From Dehalococcoidia bacterium (lineage in GTDB: Bacteria > Chloroflexota > Dehalococcoidia > SM23-28-2 > RBG-16-64-32): a stretch of DNA of 64,000 nt. Where the stretch lies: contig CAXXTF010000002.1 in NCBI GenBank assembly GCA_963665775.2, positions 864,001-928,000 of the forward strand, in the 5' to 3' direction. Shown one piece after another: positions 1-11,402 of this stretch. The position numbers and the translations under genes are program-made. The notes beneath the pieces were generated by a model. That model ran no database searches, was not told where the DNA came from, and saw only the letters and a list, made by a program, of their open reading frames with translations. The number at the start of each line of letters is the position of its first letter. Positions within the stretch are counted from its first letter, which is position 1.

Positions 1-2
1 TG

Positions 3-305
3 TGGAAAGAGAACCCCCTTGCGCCATTGGTGGATGTTCCAGTCTTCTCGTGCAACGAGGCCCTCAGGAAACCTGATGAGCGCATCTACCACCTGGCCGC
101 CGAGCGCCTCCACGTGAACCCTCAGGACTGCCTATACATAGGCGACGGAGAAAGCGATGAACTGACCGGCGCCTCCAAGGCGGGGATGCACCCGGTCCTG
201 ATCCGAGTGCCCCATAGGGCGTTGAGCGAGGGCAGCGAAGCAGGCTCTTGGTTGGGGCCCGCAATCGCGTCCTTAGGAGAAGTCCTGACCCTGGTGGAGG
301 GATAG
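3..305 (+). CDS. HAD-family hydrolase, C-terminal part (runs off window edge)
   Basis: KPDERIY and LYIGDGESDELTGASKAGM match HAD motifs III/IV; frame open to the window start. Confidence 0.85.
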   Translation, partial: WKENPLAPLVDVPVFSCNEALRKPDERIYHLAAERLHVNPQDCLYIGDGESDELTGASKAGMHPVLIRVPHRALSEGSEAGSWLGPAIASLGEVLTLVEG

Positions 306-458
306 ACAACGCGGAGCGGGGTGAGTTCAGCGCCTGGTGATTACCTTCATCGGTAACTCCTGGTTGCGGCAGCCAGCTTGCCGCCGTGACTGTGAGCGAG
401 GGCCGGGCGGCTGCAGGGCGTGCCAGCCGTGCAGAATCGTGGCAGAATAGCATTAACC

Positions 459-1367
459 ATGACCATCCAGGTTGGCGCCTTTGAACTTCAGGAGCCAGTG
501 CCTGCCCTGAGGCACCCGCGTCTCATCGCCTCCCTTCGACCCTGGATCGACGTTAGCTCTGTGGGGACGAAGGCCCTGTCCTTCTTGGAGGAGTCCTGGC
601 ATGCTGAGCCTCTGGGTCAGCTCAGTCGGCCGGGAACATTCTACGACTTCACCCGATACCGTCCTACCACCACTCTCAAAGAGGGGCGCCGCGAGGTGAT
701 CCTTCCCAACACCTCCTTGCACCACGCGCAGAGCGCCGACGGCCGAGACTGGTTGCTCCTGAGCATGCTGGAACCGCAGAGCCACGGAGACAAGTACGTC
801 GAGTCGATTCTCGAACTCCTGCGATACCTGAAAGTCAGCCATTATTGCCGTGTGGGTTCCATGTCGGCGCCCGTGCCGCACACTCGGCCTCCGATAATCA
901 GCGGCAGCGCCAGCGACGAAGCGCTTCAAGACCGACTGCGCCAGCTTGGCGTGACGGTGGGCACGGGAACATATCAGGGCCCCACTTCCATCCTTAGCCT
1001 CATTACTAACGAGGTCCAGCAATTGGGAATCGATACGCTAACCGTGATGCTCCAATTGCCGGGATATCTTCAGGTGGAACCGTACTACCGCGGACTTAAT
1101 GCCCTCCTGGAACTCCTGTCCAGCCTCTACGATCTTTCTCTGAACACCGATGCCGTGCGACAGAGAATGGAGCGTCAGGGCGCCAGTCTCGACGAAAGCC
1201 TTCAGCGAGACCCTCATGCACAAGAGATGGTGCGAGGGTTAGAGGCCACCTACGATTCGCAGCCGGAGTCATCCGCACCAGAGGGTGACAGCCCCCAGCT
1301 TTCTCCCGAACTGGATCAGTTCCTCCGTGACGTCGAGAGAAAATTGGACGAGCCCGGGAGCGACTAA
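459..1367 (+). CDS. PAC2 (proteasome assembly chaperone-like) family protein
   Basis: FYDFTRYRP, APVPHTRP and YQGPTSI motifs; ATG 459 chosen, 5 nt after TAGCAT. Confidence 0.85.
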   Translation: MTIQVGAFELQEPVPALRHPRLIASLRPWIDVSSVGTKALSFLEESWHAEPLGQLSRPGTFYDFTRYRPTTTLKEGRREVILPNTSLHHAQSADGRDWLLLSMLEPQSHGDKYVESILELLRYLKVSHYCRVGSMSAPVPHTRPPIISGSASDEALQDRLRQLGVTVGTGTYQGPTSILSLITNEVQQLGIDTLTVMLQLPGYLQVEPYYRGLNALLELLSSLYDLSLNTDAVRQRMERQGASLDESLQRDPHAQEMVRGLEATYDSQPESSAPEGDSPQLSPELDQFLRDVERKLDEPGSD

Positions 1368-1449
1368 CCGTGGCCTTTAGATTGGCGTTGGCCTCACTTA
1401 AATCCGAAGGTGAGCGCCTCCCGCGCCTAGCAATGGGCCGTAGGGCGAG

Positions 1450-1458
1450 TGCTATAAT
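1450..1458 (+). promoter_or_regulatory. Extended -10 promoter element (TGnTATAAT)
   Basis: Perfect TGCTATAAT in a GC-rich intergenic region, 10 nt before an ATG. Confidence 0.55.
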
Positions 1459-1468
1459 CTGATTCACG

Positions 1469-1573
1469 ATGCGGCGTTTGCTTAGCCTACCAATACGTCT
1501 CCTAAGGGCTGTTGACGACTACCTTCTAGCGCCCTGCCCGTCAGCCATTTCTGCCATTGAGGGCGCCGGCTGA
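1469..1573 (+). CDS. Possible 34-aa small protein (MRRLLSLPIRLLRAVDDYLLAPCPSAISAIEGAG)
   Basis: Hand-translated ORF immediately after the extended -10; no recognised homology. Confidence 0.3.
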   Translation: MRRLLSLPIRLLRAVDDYLLAPCPSAISAIEGAG

Positions 1574-1856
1574 GAGGCTCCGGCCGACCCCGTGTGGGCC
1601 GCCAACTTCGCCCTGTCTTGCCGAGACCCAGGCTCTAGACGGAAACCGTCCGCCCGGTGGGCTCCACCTACCCTTTAGACGCACGTCAATGCGTAAGAAT
1701 ATCTGGGCCACCTCCCTTTCCTGGACCTCACAGGGCACATCTCCAGCACTTATGTCAGTTGTGCCTGTCTCAGGCCAGGTCTATCCCGGCGATATGGCAA
1801 CGGGAGAATAGGATTTGGTCTGGATCAACGGCCGGCGAGGCCCTGGAGAGACATCC

Positions 1857-2732
1857 CTAACTGATCTCGCTCTTGGCACGAATCATCGTCTCTTCCGCAA
1901 AGCGCGTTAGCGCCGCCAGCTTCTCCTGGAGCGTCATCGGAACGTCGAATGGCCAGAGGGCAACGGTCACATGGGATATCCCATCCTCCTGACACCGTCT
2001 AAGGTTCTCCAGAGTAGGGTCGCCGGGAGCGGAGCCCCAAATCTGGAAGGGGATGTGTCCACGTCCGGCTTCCTCACGCAGTACCTTAAGGCGTCGGATA
2101 GTAGCCAGGGTACGATCATAAGGGCCGATGGATCGCCAGCCATCCCCTCGAAGGGCCGCCCGACGCAGCGCCGGTTCCGCTTCCCCGCCGAATATGATCG
2201 GGATGCGAGTCGATGGCTTGGGGGTGAAGAGGACGGGCTCGAACTGGTAGAACTTGCCGTCATGTCCCACCGGCTGCCCCGACCAGAGTTCCTGCAATAT
2301 GTCGAGGATTTCGTCCATTCGAGCGGCCCGGTTCGAATAGTTCTCGCCCACCGCCTGGAACTCCTCTGCCATCCAGCCGGACCCGATGCCGAAGAGCAGG
2401 CGGCCACCCGAGTATAGGTGGGCTGAGGCCACCGCCCGCGCGGTCACAAAGGGATTAACAAGCGGCAGGATGTACACGCCGGTGCCAAACTTGATTCGCT
2501 CCGTGATGGCAGCGAAGTGGCCGAACGCGACCCATGGATCGACAAACGGGGTCTGGGGGTTATAGGGGCCAGGGCGACCGCTCTCGTGGTGCGGATACCT
2601 ACTTTGCCACTCCAAGGGAGTAATCAGGTGGTACGACATCCACACAGTGTCATAACCCAGCTCGTCAGCACGCTTGACTAGTGCTGGCCACTGAGCGGGG
2701 TCGCCGCCAAACAGGTTGATTCCGAATTCCAT
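1857..2732 (-). CDS. LLM-class, probably F420-dependent oxidoreductase (Rv2161c-like)
   Basis: ADELGYDTVWMSYH, TERIKFGTGV, GRLLFGIGSGW, ALRRAALRGDGW. Confidence 0.85.
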   Translation of the reverse strand: MEFGINLFGGDPAQWPALVKRADELGYDTVWMSYHLITPLEWQSRYPHHESGRPGPYNPQTPFVDPWVAFGHFAAITERIKFGTGVYILPLVNPFVTARAVASAHLYSGGRLLFGIGSGWMAEEFQAVGENYSNRAARMDEILDILQELWSGQPVGHDGKFYQFEPVLFTPKPSTRIPIIFGGEAEPALRRAALRGDGWRSIGPYDRTLATIRRLKVLREEAGRGHIPFQIWGSAPGDPTLENLRRCQEDGISHVTVALWPFDVPMTLQEKLAALTRFAEETMIRAKSEIS

Positions 2733-2816
2733 GGTGCAACACCTTTCCATCCGGGCAGGCGTATTGATTCACCAGCCCACAGCTACATTCAGGCAGGCGG
2801 TGGGCCGCTCTGCGTT

Positions 2817-4007
<1,191 letters not shown>

Positions 4008-4205
4008 GAGATCACCTCGCATTCCAGTAGCATGAAGACGGCGTACGTAATACCCACCGGAAGCCCCTTCGCCGGGGCCTCCGTCAAGTTACGCTCTGGA
4101 GCTATGGTCCATGAAAGCAGCTCTGTTTGCAACCGGTCAGCGGTTCTCCGGGGACCGACATCACAGCCGATCCAGCCGGCGATAGCCGTATGCTAACATG
4201 AGGGC

Positions 4206-5135
4206 ATGACACTCGTACACACAGAATCGCTGACCAAGCGCTACCCCGGCGTGACCGCCCTCGATGGGCTGACGCTGGAGCTTGAGCCGGGGATTATCGG
4301 CCTCGTGGGGGCCAACGGGGCCGGCAAGAGCACGCTGATCAAGATCCTGCTGGGGCTTCTAGAGCCGACGAGCGGCCGAGCGGAGCTGCTAGGCTTCGAC
4401 GTGGCCCAGCAAGGCATCGAGCTGCGGCAGTACGTCGGCTACATGCCGGAGCATGAGTGCCTGCCGACAGACGTTTCCGCCACGGAGTTTGTGGCGCACA
4501 TGGCACAGATCAGCGGCCTGCCCCGGACTGCGGCCCGCGAGCGCACCGCGGAGACGCTTCGGCTAGTCGGCCTCTTCGAAGAGCGGTATCGAGAGATGAG
4601 AGGCTACTCCACCGGCATGAAACAGCGGGTCAAGCTGGCACAGGCGCTTGTGCACGACCCCCAACTGATGCTCCTCGACGAGCCTACCAACGGCCTGGAC
4701 CCGGCCGGGCGGGACGAGATGCTGGAGCTGGTGGGCCGGATCAGCCGCGAGTTCGGCATCGCCATCATTATGGCCTCCCACCTGCTCGGCGAGATCGAGC
4801 GCGTTTGCGACCACCTGGTGGAGATCGAGGGTGGCAGGCTGGTGCGATCGGCCCCCATCGCGTCGTTGACGGAGCAGACGCAGGTGCTGGCGGTGGAGGT
4901 GGACGGCCCGGCGGAAGCGCTCGCCCTCCGCCTGCGCGAGCACGGCCTCGACGTTCGGGAGGACGGGCGTCTACTGCTGGTTCAGGTGGACGACGATGGG
5001 CTGTACGACACCATTCGGGATACGGTGGTGGATCTGGGACTAGGGCTGATCCGGCTGGAGCAACGCCGGCAGCGGCTGGAAGACCTGTTCCGTGCCCCAG
5101 TAGCGGTAGAGGAGGAGGAGGGAGCAAGTGTCTGA
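4206..5135 (+). CDS. ABC transporter ATP-binding protein
   Basis: Walker A GANGAGKS, signature YSTGMKQR, Walker B LLDEPT. Confidence 0.95.
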   Translation: MTLVHTESLTKRYPGVTALDGLTLELEPGIIGLVGANGAGKSTLIKILLGLLEPTSGRAELLGFDVAQQGIELRQYVGYMPEHECLPTDVSATEFVAHMAQISGLPRTAARERTAETLRLVGLFEERYREMRGYSTGMKQRVKLAQALVHDPQLMLLDEPTNGLDPAGRDEMLELVGRISREFGIAIIMASHLLGEIERVCDHLVEIEGGRLVRSAPIASLTEQTQVLAVEVDGPAEALALRLREHGLDVREDGRLLLVQVDDDGLYDTIRDTVVDLGLGLIRLEQRRQRLEDLFRAPVAVEEEEGASV

Positions 5136-6012
5136 GCGTGCCGCCGGCAACATCTACGACCTCGGCTACCGCAACTACCGAGGGGTGAGACTGGGCCGCC
5201 GGCACGCCCTGTTCGCCCTTTACGTTCACAGCCTGCGGGGCGTCTTCGGGATTGGGCGAGGAATATCGAGCAAAGTCTTCCCCATCGGCCTGGCGATCGT
5301 CATCCTCGTTCCGGCAGCCTTCCAACTGGGCATTGCGGCGATTGCGGACAACACCATCGAGGTGTTGAGGGCGGAGGATTACTACGGCTACGTCCAGATA
5401 ATACTGGCGCTGTTCTGCACCGCCGTGGCGCCGGAGCTGGTCGGTCGAGACCAGCGGACCCAAACGTTGCCCCTGTACTTCTCCCGCGCCCTCAAGCGAG
5501 ACGACTACGCGCTGGCCAAGTGGGGAGCGCTGGTAACGGCGATGCTCGTCCTGACGGTGGTGCCGCAGGCGGTGCTGTTCGTGGGCAACGGCATGGCGGG
5601 GAACGACCTCTCCGGCTACCTGAAGGACGAATGGGAGCAGGTGCCAGCCATCCTGGGCAGCGCGCTGCTACTTTCGCTGATGACGGCCGGCATCGGCCTG
5701 GCCATCGCCGCCCAGACATCGAGGCGCGCCTACTCCTCGGTCGCAATCCTGGCGACCTTTGTTCTGGCCTCCGCGATCGCCGCAATCCTGCTGGAAGCCT
5801 CTGACCCCGACGTGGGGCGCTTCTCATTGCTGCTGAGCCCGTTCCACCTGGTTCGCGGCTTCACGCTCTGGTTCTTCGGTGTGTCGCCGGACGCCGAGAG
5901 CCAGATCGGCAGAGCGGACCTGCCCGGTGCCATATACGCGATGAGCGCCCTGCTGATCGCATCGCTCACCATCATTCTCCTTCTGCGACGCTATCAACGG
6001 ATCACGGCATGA
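5128..6012 (+). CDS. ABC-2 type permease
   Basis: About 6 hydrophobic segments, LPLYFSRAL motif, overlaps flanking ATPases. Confidence 0.85.
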   Translation: MSERAAGNIYDLGYRNYRGVRLGRRHALFALYVHSLRGVFGIGRGISSKVFPIGLAIVILVPAAFQLGIAAIADNTIEVLRAEDYYGYVQIILALFCTAVAPELVGRDQRTQTLPLYFSRALKRDDYALAKWGALVTAMLVLTVVPQAVLFVGNGMAGNDLSGYLKDEWEQVPAILGSALLLSLMTAGIGLAIAAQTSRRAYSSVAILATFVLASAIAAILLEASDPDVGRFSLLLSPFHLVRGFTLWFFGVSPDAESQIGRADLPGAIYAMSALLIASLTIILLLRRYQRITA

Positions 6013-6968
6013 CCTCACAGGCAACGGTCGAGCCGAGAGAGGAGGCGCCACCCGAGCGTAGCACGATCGAGCTGGTCAACGTCTCGCGCTGGTACGGGAA
6101 CATCGTCGCCGTGAACGAAATTTCGTTCTCGTTAGGACCAGGCGTCACGGGGCTCCTTGGCCCGAACGGGGCCGGGAAGAGCACCATCCTGCACATGCTC
6201 GCCGGCTTCCTGCGCCCCTCAAGCGGGACAGTGCGGGTGCTGGGGGAAGCGGTCTGGCAGCAGCCGGAAGCGTACCGCCGAATCGGGCTGGTGCCGGAGC
6301 GAGAGGCGGCCTACCCGTTTCTCAGCGGCTACGAGTTCGTACTGCTCAGCGCAAAGCTGCACGGCCTGCCCAGCCCAGGCGAGGCAGCGATGCGGGCCGT
6401 CCAGGCCGTAGACATGGAAGAGGCCCAGCACCGCGCCATGGGCGGCTATTCGAAGGGTATGAATCAGCGAATGAAGGTCGCTTCGGCGATCGTCCACGAC
6501 CCCCAGGTGCTGCTGCTGGACGAGCCGTTCAACGGCATGGACCCGCGCCAGCGGCTGCACATGATGGACCTGCTGCGGGAGGTCGCCGCCCAGGGCCGGA
6601 CGATCGTATTCTCGTCCCACATCCTGGAAGAGGTGGAGCGGCTGGCGGAGAAGGTGCTGGTGATCATCGCTGGGCGGCTCGCCGCCGCGGGCGACTTCCG
6701 GGCCATCCGGAAGCTAATGACGGACAGGCCGCACACGTTCACCGTGCGTTCGAGTGACAACCGGCGGCTGGCCTCCGTGCTCGTGGCTGACCCGTCGGTC
6801 GTCGGCGTGGAGCTGGACGGCGAGCGGCTGAGCGTGCGCACCTCGGAGTTCGCGGCCTTCGCGCTGGCAGCGCCGCGCCTGGCGCGAACGGAGGGGATCA
6901 GGTTGTTGGAGCTGCTGCCCACGGACGAGTCGTTGGAGAGCGTGTTCTCGTACCTGATGAAGCGATGA
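6009..6968 (+). CDS. ABC transporter ATP-binding protein
   Basis: GPNGAGKS, YSKGMNQR, LLDEPF. Confidence 0.95.
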   Translation: MTSQATVEPREEAPPERSTIELVNVSRWYGNIVAVNEISFSLGPGVTGLLGPNGAGKSTILHMLAGFLRPSSGTVRVLGEAVWQQPEAYRRIGLVPEREAAYPFLSGYEFVLLSAKLHGLPSPGEAAMRAVQAVDMEEAQHRAMGGYSKGMNQRMKVASAIVHDPQVLLLDEPFNGMDPRQRLHMMDLLREVAAQGRTIVFSSHILEEVERLAEKVLVIIAGRLAAAGDFRAIRKLMTDRPHTFTVRSSDNRRLASVLVADPSVVGVELDGERLSVRTSEFAAFALAAPRLARTEGIRLLELLPTDESLESVFSYLMKR

Positions 6969-7702
6969 ACGGTACCATCTTCGCGCTGACCCTCCGTCAG
7001 ATGATCGGCCGACGACGAACGCTGCTGATGGTTCTCTTCGCCCTGCTGCCGGTGGCGATCGCCGTCATCTACCGCTTGGGCAACGAAGATACGAACCAGC
7101 AGGACTTTACGGCGAACGTCCTCCTCAACGGCCTCATAGTGACCACCCTGCTCCCGCTGAGCGCTCTCATCTTCGGGACCGCCGCTCTCGGCGCGGAGAT
7201 CGAAGACGGCACGTCAGTTTACCTGCTTTCCAAGCCGGTCCCTCGCCAACATGTGATCGCCGCGAAGCTGCTGGCGGCCTGGCTGGTGACAGCCGCCATC
7301 GTGCTCGCCTCTACTATCTTAACCGGCGCCATCGCCCTCGAAGGAGTGGAGGAGCAGGGTATACTCTTGGCCTTCGTGGCGGCGACGTTGCTGGGCTCGT
7401 TCGTATACACGGCCCTGTTTCTGCTGCTGTCGGTGGTGACTAGCCGAGCGCTCATCGACGGACTGGTGTACGTGTTCATCTGGGAGGGCGTCGTGACAGA
7501 GCTGTTCAGCGGCACCCGAATCTTCAGCGTGCGTCAGTACAGCCTGGGGGTGGCCGACCTCATTGCTGATACGAGCGCCGCCACCTTCGAAGCGGATCTC
7601 GGCGGCACGGGGGCACTGGTGATGATGGGAATCGTGAGCGCCGTGGCGATCACTCTCGCCGTGCGCAGGCTTCGCTCGTTCGAGATCGGCGAGGCGGTCT
7701 GA
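6965..7702 (+). CDS. ABC-2 type permease
   Basis: EIEDGTSVYLLSKPVPR motif, multiple TM helices, ATGA overlap. Confidence 0.85.
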   Translation: MNGTIFALTLRQMIGRRRTLLMVLFALLPVAIAVIYRLGNEDTNQQDFTANVLLNGLIVTTLLPLSALIFGTAALGAEIEDGTSVYLLSKPVPRQHVIAAKLLAAWLVTAAIVLASTILTGAIALEGVEEQGILLAFVAATLLGSFVYTALFLLLSVVTSRALIDGLVYVFIWEGVVTELFSGTRIFSVRQYSLGVADLIADTSAATFEADLGGTGALVMMGIVSAVAITLAVRRLRSFEIGEAV

Positions 7703-7836
7703 GCCCGGCACGTTCGGGCCACAGACAGCCGGAAGGGTTCAGGGCCAGAGCGTGTGACCTACGCCACCGGCGGTTTAATCGTGACCCGGCACCCAGCGGG
7801 GGAAGCCGGTCAACATCATCGGCATCGCCATTCCCG

Positions 7837-9762
7837 CTAGGTGTTACCGTCCTCTCCCACAAAACCGTGTTCCAACAGGAACAGGAAGCACCTCTCGGCG
7901 AGCTCGTCAGGAGAGCCCTGCACGACTTTCTCATCCCGGGAAGAGCCTCCACCGCCCGTGGACTGCCAGGTTGAGCCCTTAGATTGGGTTTGAATACGCT
8001 TCGCGACCGGCTTGGGTGGACCCACCCTCACCACCTCGATAGCGGACCCGGTTGCCCCCACCTCATCCTCTCCCAACCCCAAGTCCGTGCGGCCCCAGCG
8101 GCTCATGGGTCGGGACGGCGCTGCCAGCACATCTCGGAGTCGAGCGTAGCGCGGACGGTTGATGCCCGGCTGCACCGCCAGCACCGCCGGCAGCAGGCAG
8201 TCCACCATGGCTTGCCTACCCCATTCGAGCGCTTGGCGAGCAACGACGCGCCCGCCCCCTTCGACGGCGATGGCAAGGATGTCGCTGATGGCGGCGGCTC
8301 CCAACAGCTGGCCCAGCTGAAGGGGCAGCTGCCCGCCGTCGCCATCAGCGCCGCGGTTGCCACACAGGACGATCTGCGCACCGAGACGGTGAACGGCAGC
8401 CGCCAGGATGCGGGCGGTGGCGAGGCTGTCCGAGCCGACAAAGGCCTCGTCCCACAGGAGGACCGCGTCGTCAACACCCAGGGCCAGCGCCTGGCGCAGG
8501 ACATCCTCCCCGGCCGAGGGGCCCACATGCAAGGCGACCACCCGCAGTGAGGGGGACCGATCCTTAATGGCTAACGCCTCCTCCAGAGCGTGCAAATCAG
8601 CCGGCCCCATGAGCCGCGGGACGGCGTCTATCTCCTCAGGCCGCCGCGAATTAAACCGAACCTCTGCATCAAGGCTGCGGCTCAGGCACACAGCGATGCA
8701 GCGGACGCCCTCGTCGCTCTCCCCTCCCTCGGATGCCGACGGCAGGGGGCTGTCGAACTCCTTGAAGGCCGCCTGTTGCGGAAGCTGACGCAGGCGGTCC
8801 AACAGCGGCGGCAGAATCTCATGCACGTTACCCACAAGCGCCAGCTGGGCCATCTCCGTAATCGGGGCGTAAGCATCCTGGTTGATCGTCACCACCGCTT
8901 CGGAGTCCCGCATGCCGAAAACATGCTGGGTAGCCCCCGAAATACCGCAAGCGATGTACAGCTGCGGGGCCACGACTCTGCCGCTGGACCCTATCTGGCG
9001 CGATGATGCCGCCCAGCCCGCGTCTACGGCCGGACGGGATGCTGCCACGGCACCACCCAGCAAACCGGCCAGCTCCTCCAGCGGCTGAAAACCTTCGGGG
9101 CCCCCTAAACCGCGCCCACCAGCAACTACGACCTCCGCTTGAGTCACATCGAGCGCGGTGGGAGGCGGACGCTCGATGCGCCGGAGAAAGCGCCCCTGTC
9201 GGAACCCTTCCAGGCGCAGGATCAGCGGCTTCACCTCCGGTTCGCCCTGCCCACCGCCTCCACTACTAGAGAGCGAATCGGGCAAGAGAGTGGCGATCTG
9301 CGGGCGGCGCGAGGGACACACGACTGTGCAGGAAGCGCGCCCACCGTAGACCGGTCGAAGCATAGTGATGAGACCTCCATCCTCCACATCGACGCGTAGG
9401 CAGCCGGAGGCCAGGCCGGTGTCCAGGATAGCGGCCAGCCGGGGAGCCAGCTCGTTCCCCATAGCGGTAGCGGCCAGCAGGAACACCGAAGGTTGCGCCT
9501 CTCGTACGATCTCCGCTAGCGCTGCCGCCATAGCCTCAAGGCTGTGGTCGTTCAGTCGCGCATCCTCTCCCAGGTAGACCGTGTCAGCCGGAATAGAGGT
9601 CGCCAGCGGGGCAACGTTGTCCCCTAGGAGCACGGCCGCCGCGCGTGACCCGAGATCCCGGGCGACGCGGCCCGCTTCCGCTGCCAGCCCCAGAGCAGTT
9701 GGCGCGAGCTTGCCTTCCTGCTGTTCGGCAAGAAACCAGACGGTGGCATCTTCGTTAGCCAT
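7837..9762 (-). CDS. Electron transfer flavoprotein alpha-beta fusion (EtfA/FixB then EtfB/FixA)
   Basis: N-half RPVYGG, VVAGGRG, QIGSSG, GISGATQH (alpha); C-half DLHALEEAL, ALALGVD, GSDSLATARILA, INRPRY (beta). Confidence 0.88.
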   Translation of the reverse strand: MANEDATVWFLAEQQEGKLAPTALGLAAEAGRVARDLGSRAAAVLLGDNVAPLATSIPADTVYLGEDARLNDHSLEAMAAALAEIVREAQPSVFLLAATAMGNELAPRLAAILDTGLASGCLRVDVEDGGLITMLRPVYGGRASCTVVCPSRRPQIATLLPDSLSSSGGGGQGEPEVKPLILRLEGFRQGRFLRRIERPPPTALDVTQAEVVVAGGRGLGGPEGFQPLEELAGLLGGAVAASRPAVDAGWAASSRQIGSSGRVVAPQLYIACGISGATQHVFGMRDSEAVVTINQDAYAPITEMAQLALVGNVHEILPPLLDRLRQLPQQAAFKEFDSPLPSASEGGESDEGVRCIAVCLSRSLDAEVRFNSRRPEEIDAVPRLMGPADLHALEEALAIKDRSPSLRVVALHVGPSAGEDVLRQALALGVDDAVLLWDEAFVGSDSLATARILAAAVHRLGAQIVLCGNRGADGDGGQLPLQLGQLLGAAAISDILAIAVEGGGRVVARQALEWGRQAMVDCLLPAVLAVQPGINRPRYARLRDVLAAPSRPMSRWGRTDLGLGEDEVGATGSAIEVVRVGPPKPVAKRIQTQSKGSTWQSTGGGGSSRDEKVVQGSPDELAERCFLFLLEHGFVGEDGNT

Positions 9763-9943
9763 AGTTCGCTCATTGCCGGATGTCCGCAGACGGCCCGGCT
9801 ACGCGGTCTGCTCTTCTTTTATGGGCTTGTGCATCTAGCTAAAGCGGCGTCCAGAGGACGCGCCCATAGTATTGCCCACCGCGCAAGAGCCGTCAATCGG
9901 ACGTTGCCCGAATCCCATCGTGCAACGCCGCTTGGTGGCGCGG

Positions 9944-11311
9944 TCAGGCCAGGGCCGTCTTTAGGGCAGCGATGAGGGCGCGGTCGTCATCGGGCCGCAC
10001 GGTGCGCGGGTCGAACAGGAGCAAGTCGCGCTCGATGCGAGCGACGACGGGGGGGCTGCCGGTGCGGAGGCCACGGGCCAGGTCGCTCAGGTAAGCGCCA
10101 TCGCCGGGGAAGGCCATCAATCGGGTCGGGAGGCTCTCTTCGGGGAGGCTGCCACCGCCGATCATGGAGCGGCCGTCCACGACGCGGGCGGGAGGGCCCA
10201 GGGCGCGGGCCCAGCGGCCGGCGCGACGCCGGATCGCCGCCAGGGGAGTGGAGATCATGCGCCAGACGGGAACCTTCTCCAGCGCCTCGCCGCGCAGGTA
10301 GTGGAGCAGGGTGGCCGCCAGCCCGGCAACGCTGGCCTTGTCCATGCGCACGGCCCGGGCCAGCGGGTGCCGCCGCAGCAGGTCGATCAGATCGGCGCCG
10401 CCGACGATGACGCCGGCCTGGGGACCGCCCAGAAGCTTATCGCCGGAGAACAGGGTGAGATCGGACCCCGCGCTAAGGCTCTCCTGCACGGTCGGCTCCG
10501 CGGCCAGGCCGAACGCGGCCGTATCCAGAAGGCAGCCGGAGCCGATATCGTCCAGGACAAGCAGACCATGCTCGTGAGCCAGACGGGCGAGGTCGCTGAG
10601 GGAGGCCGACTCGGTGAAGCCGATGATACGGAAGTTGCTGGCGTGGATGCGCATCAAGGCAACGGTGTCGGGCGTGATGGCCGACTCGTAGTCGCGCAGG
10701 TTGGTGCGGTTGGTGGTGCCCACCTCGACCAGCCGCGCGCCGGACTGGCGCAGGACATCTGGAATGCGGAAGCCGCCGCCGATCTCGACGGCCTGGCCGC
10801 GGGAGATGATGACCTCACCGGCACCGGCAAGGGCGGAGAGGGCCAGCAGAAGGGCGGAGGCGTTGTTATTGACGGCGATAGCCGCGGGGGCGCCGGTGAC
10901 CTGGCGGAGGAGCTCCTCCAGGTGGAGATGGCGGGAGCCCCGCTCGCCGGCAGCCAAGTCAAATTCCAGGTTGGAGTAACCGCGGGCGACGGCGCCCATG
11001 GCAGCGATGGCGTCGTCCGAGAGGGGGGCGCGACCCAGGTTGGTGTGAATGATGACGCCGGTGGCGTTGATCACGGGCCGCAGCGACGGGCGGAAAAGCG
11101 TGTCGGCCAGACCCAGCACCGTCGCCACGATCTGCTCCTCGCCGGGAGCCGGGAGCCCCTGGGCGATCGAGGCGCGCGCCGTCTCCAGGGCCTCCCGCGC
11201 CAGTTGCCTGACGAGGGAAGCCGCCTGGCCATCGCCCAGGGCGCGGATGCGCTGATGAGCCAAGAGCCGGTCGACTGAGGGGAGGGTGCGGTATGGGTTA
11301 TCGGCGGTCAT
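9944..11311 (-). CDS. selA: L-seryl-tRNA(Sec) selenium transferase
   Basis: VINATGVIIHTNLGRAPL, EIGGGFRIPDV, FSGDKLLGGPQAG, GGGSLP. Confidence 0.95.
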   Translation of the reverse strand: MTADNPYRTLPSVDRLLAHQRIRALGDGQAASLVRQLAREALETARASIAQGLPAPGEEQIVATVLGLADTLFRPSLRPVINATGVIIHTNLGRAPLSDDAIAAMGAVARGYSNLEFDLAAGERGSRHLHLEELLRQVTGAPAAIAVNNNASALLLALSALAGAGEVIISRGQAVEIGGGFRIPDVLRQSGARLVEVGTTNRTNLRDYESAITPDTVALMRIHASNFRIIGFTESASLSDLARLAHEHGLLVLDDIGSGCLLDTAAFGLAAEPTVQESLSAGSDLTLFSGDKLLGGPQAGVIVGGADLIDLLRRHPLARAVRMDKASVAGLAATLLHYLRGEALEKVPVWRMISTPLAAIRRRAGRWARALGPPARVVDGRSMIGGGSLPEESLPTRLMAFPGDGAYLSDLARGLRTGSPPVVARIERDLLLFDPRTVRPDDDRALIAALKTALA

Positions 11312-11402
11312 GGCAGAACTGCGGGGCAATTCTACCATGTTCTATATCCCCTTCGCTTCCCTTGACCACCGTTGGGCCGCCGCATAATATGACGCTAGAA
11401 CC

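Noticed and set aside
1555-1610. TPP riboswitch (GGCTGAGAGG...CGACC)
   Set aside because: The downstream GAACCTGA and TAAT..C.GCG.AGGGA elements are missing and no thiamine gene follows
9763-11400. selB/selC/selD or a selenoprotein near selA
   Set aside because: No tRNA-like fold or sel gene recognised; no TGA in the window aligns with an obvious catalytic Cys
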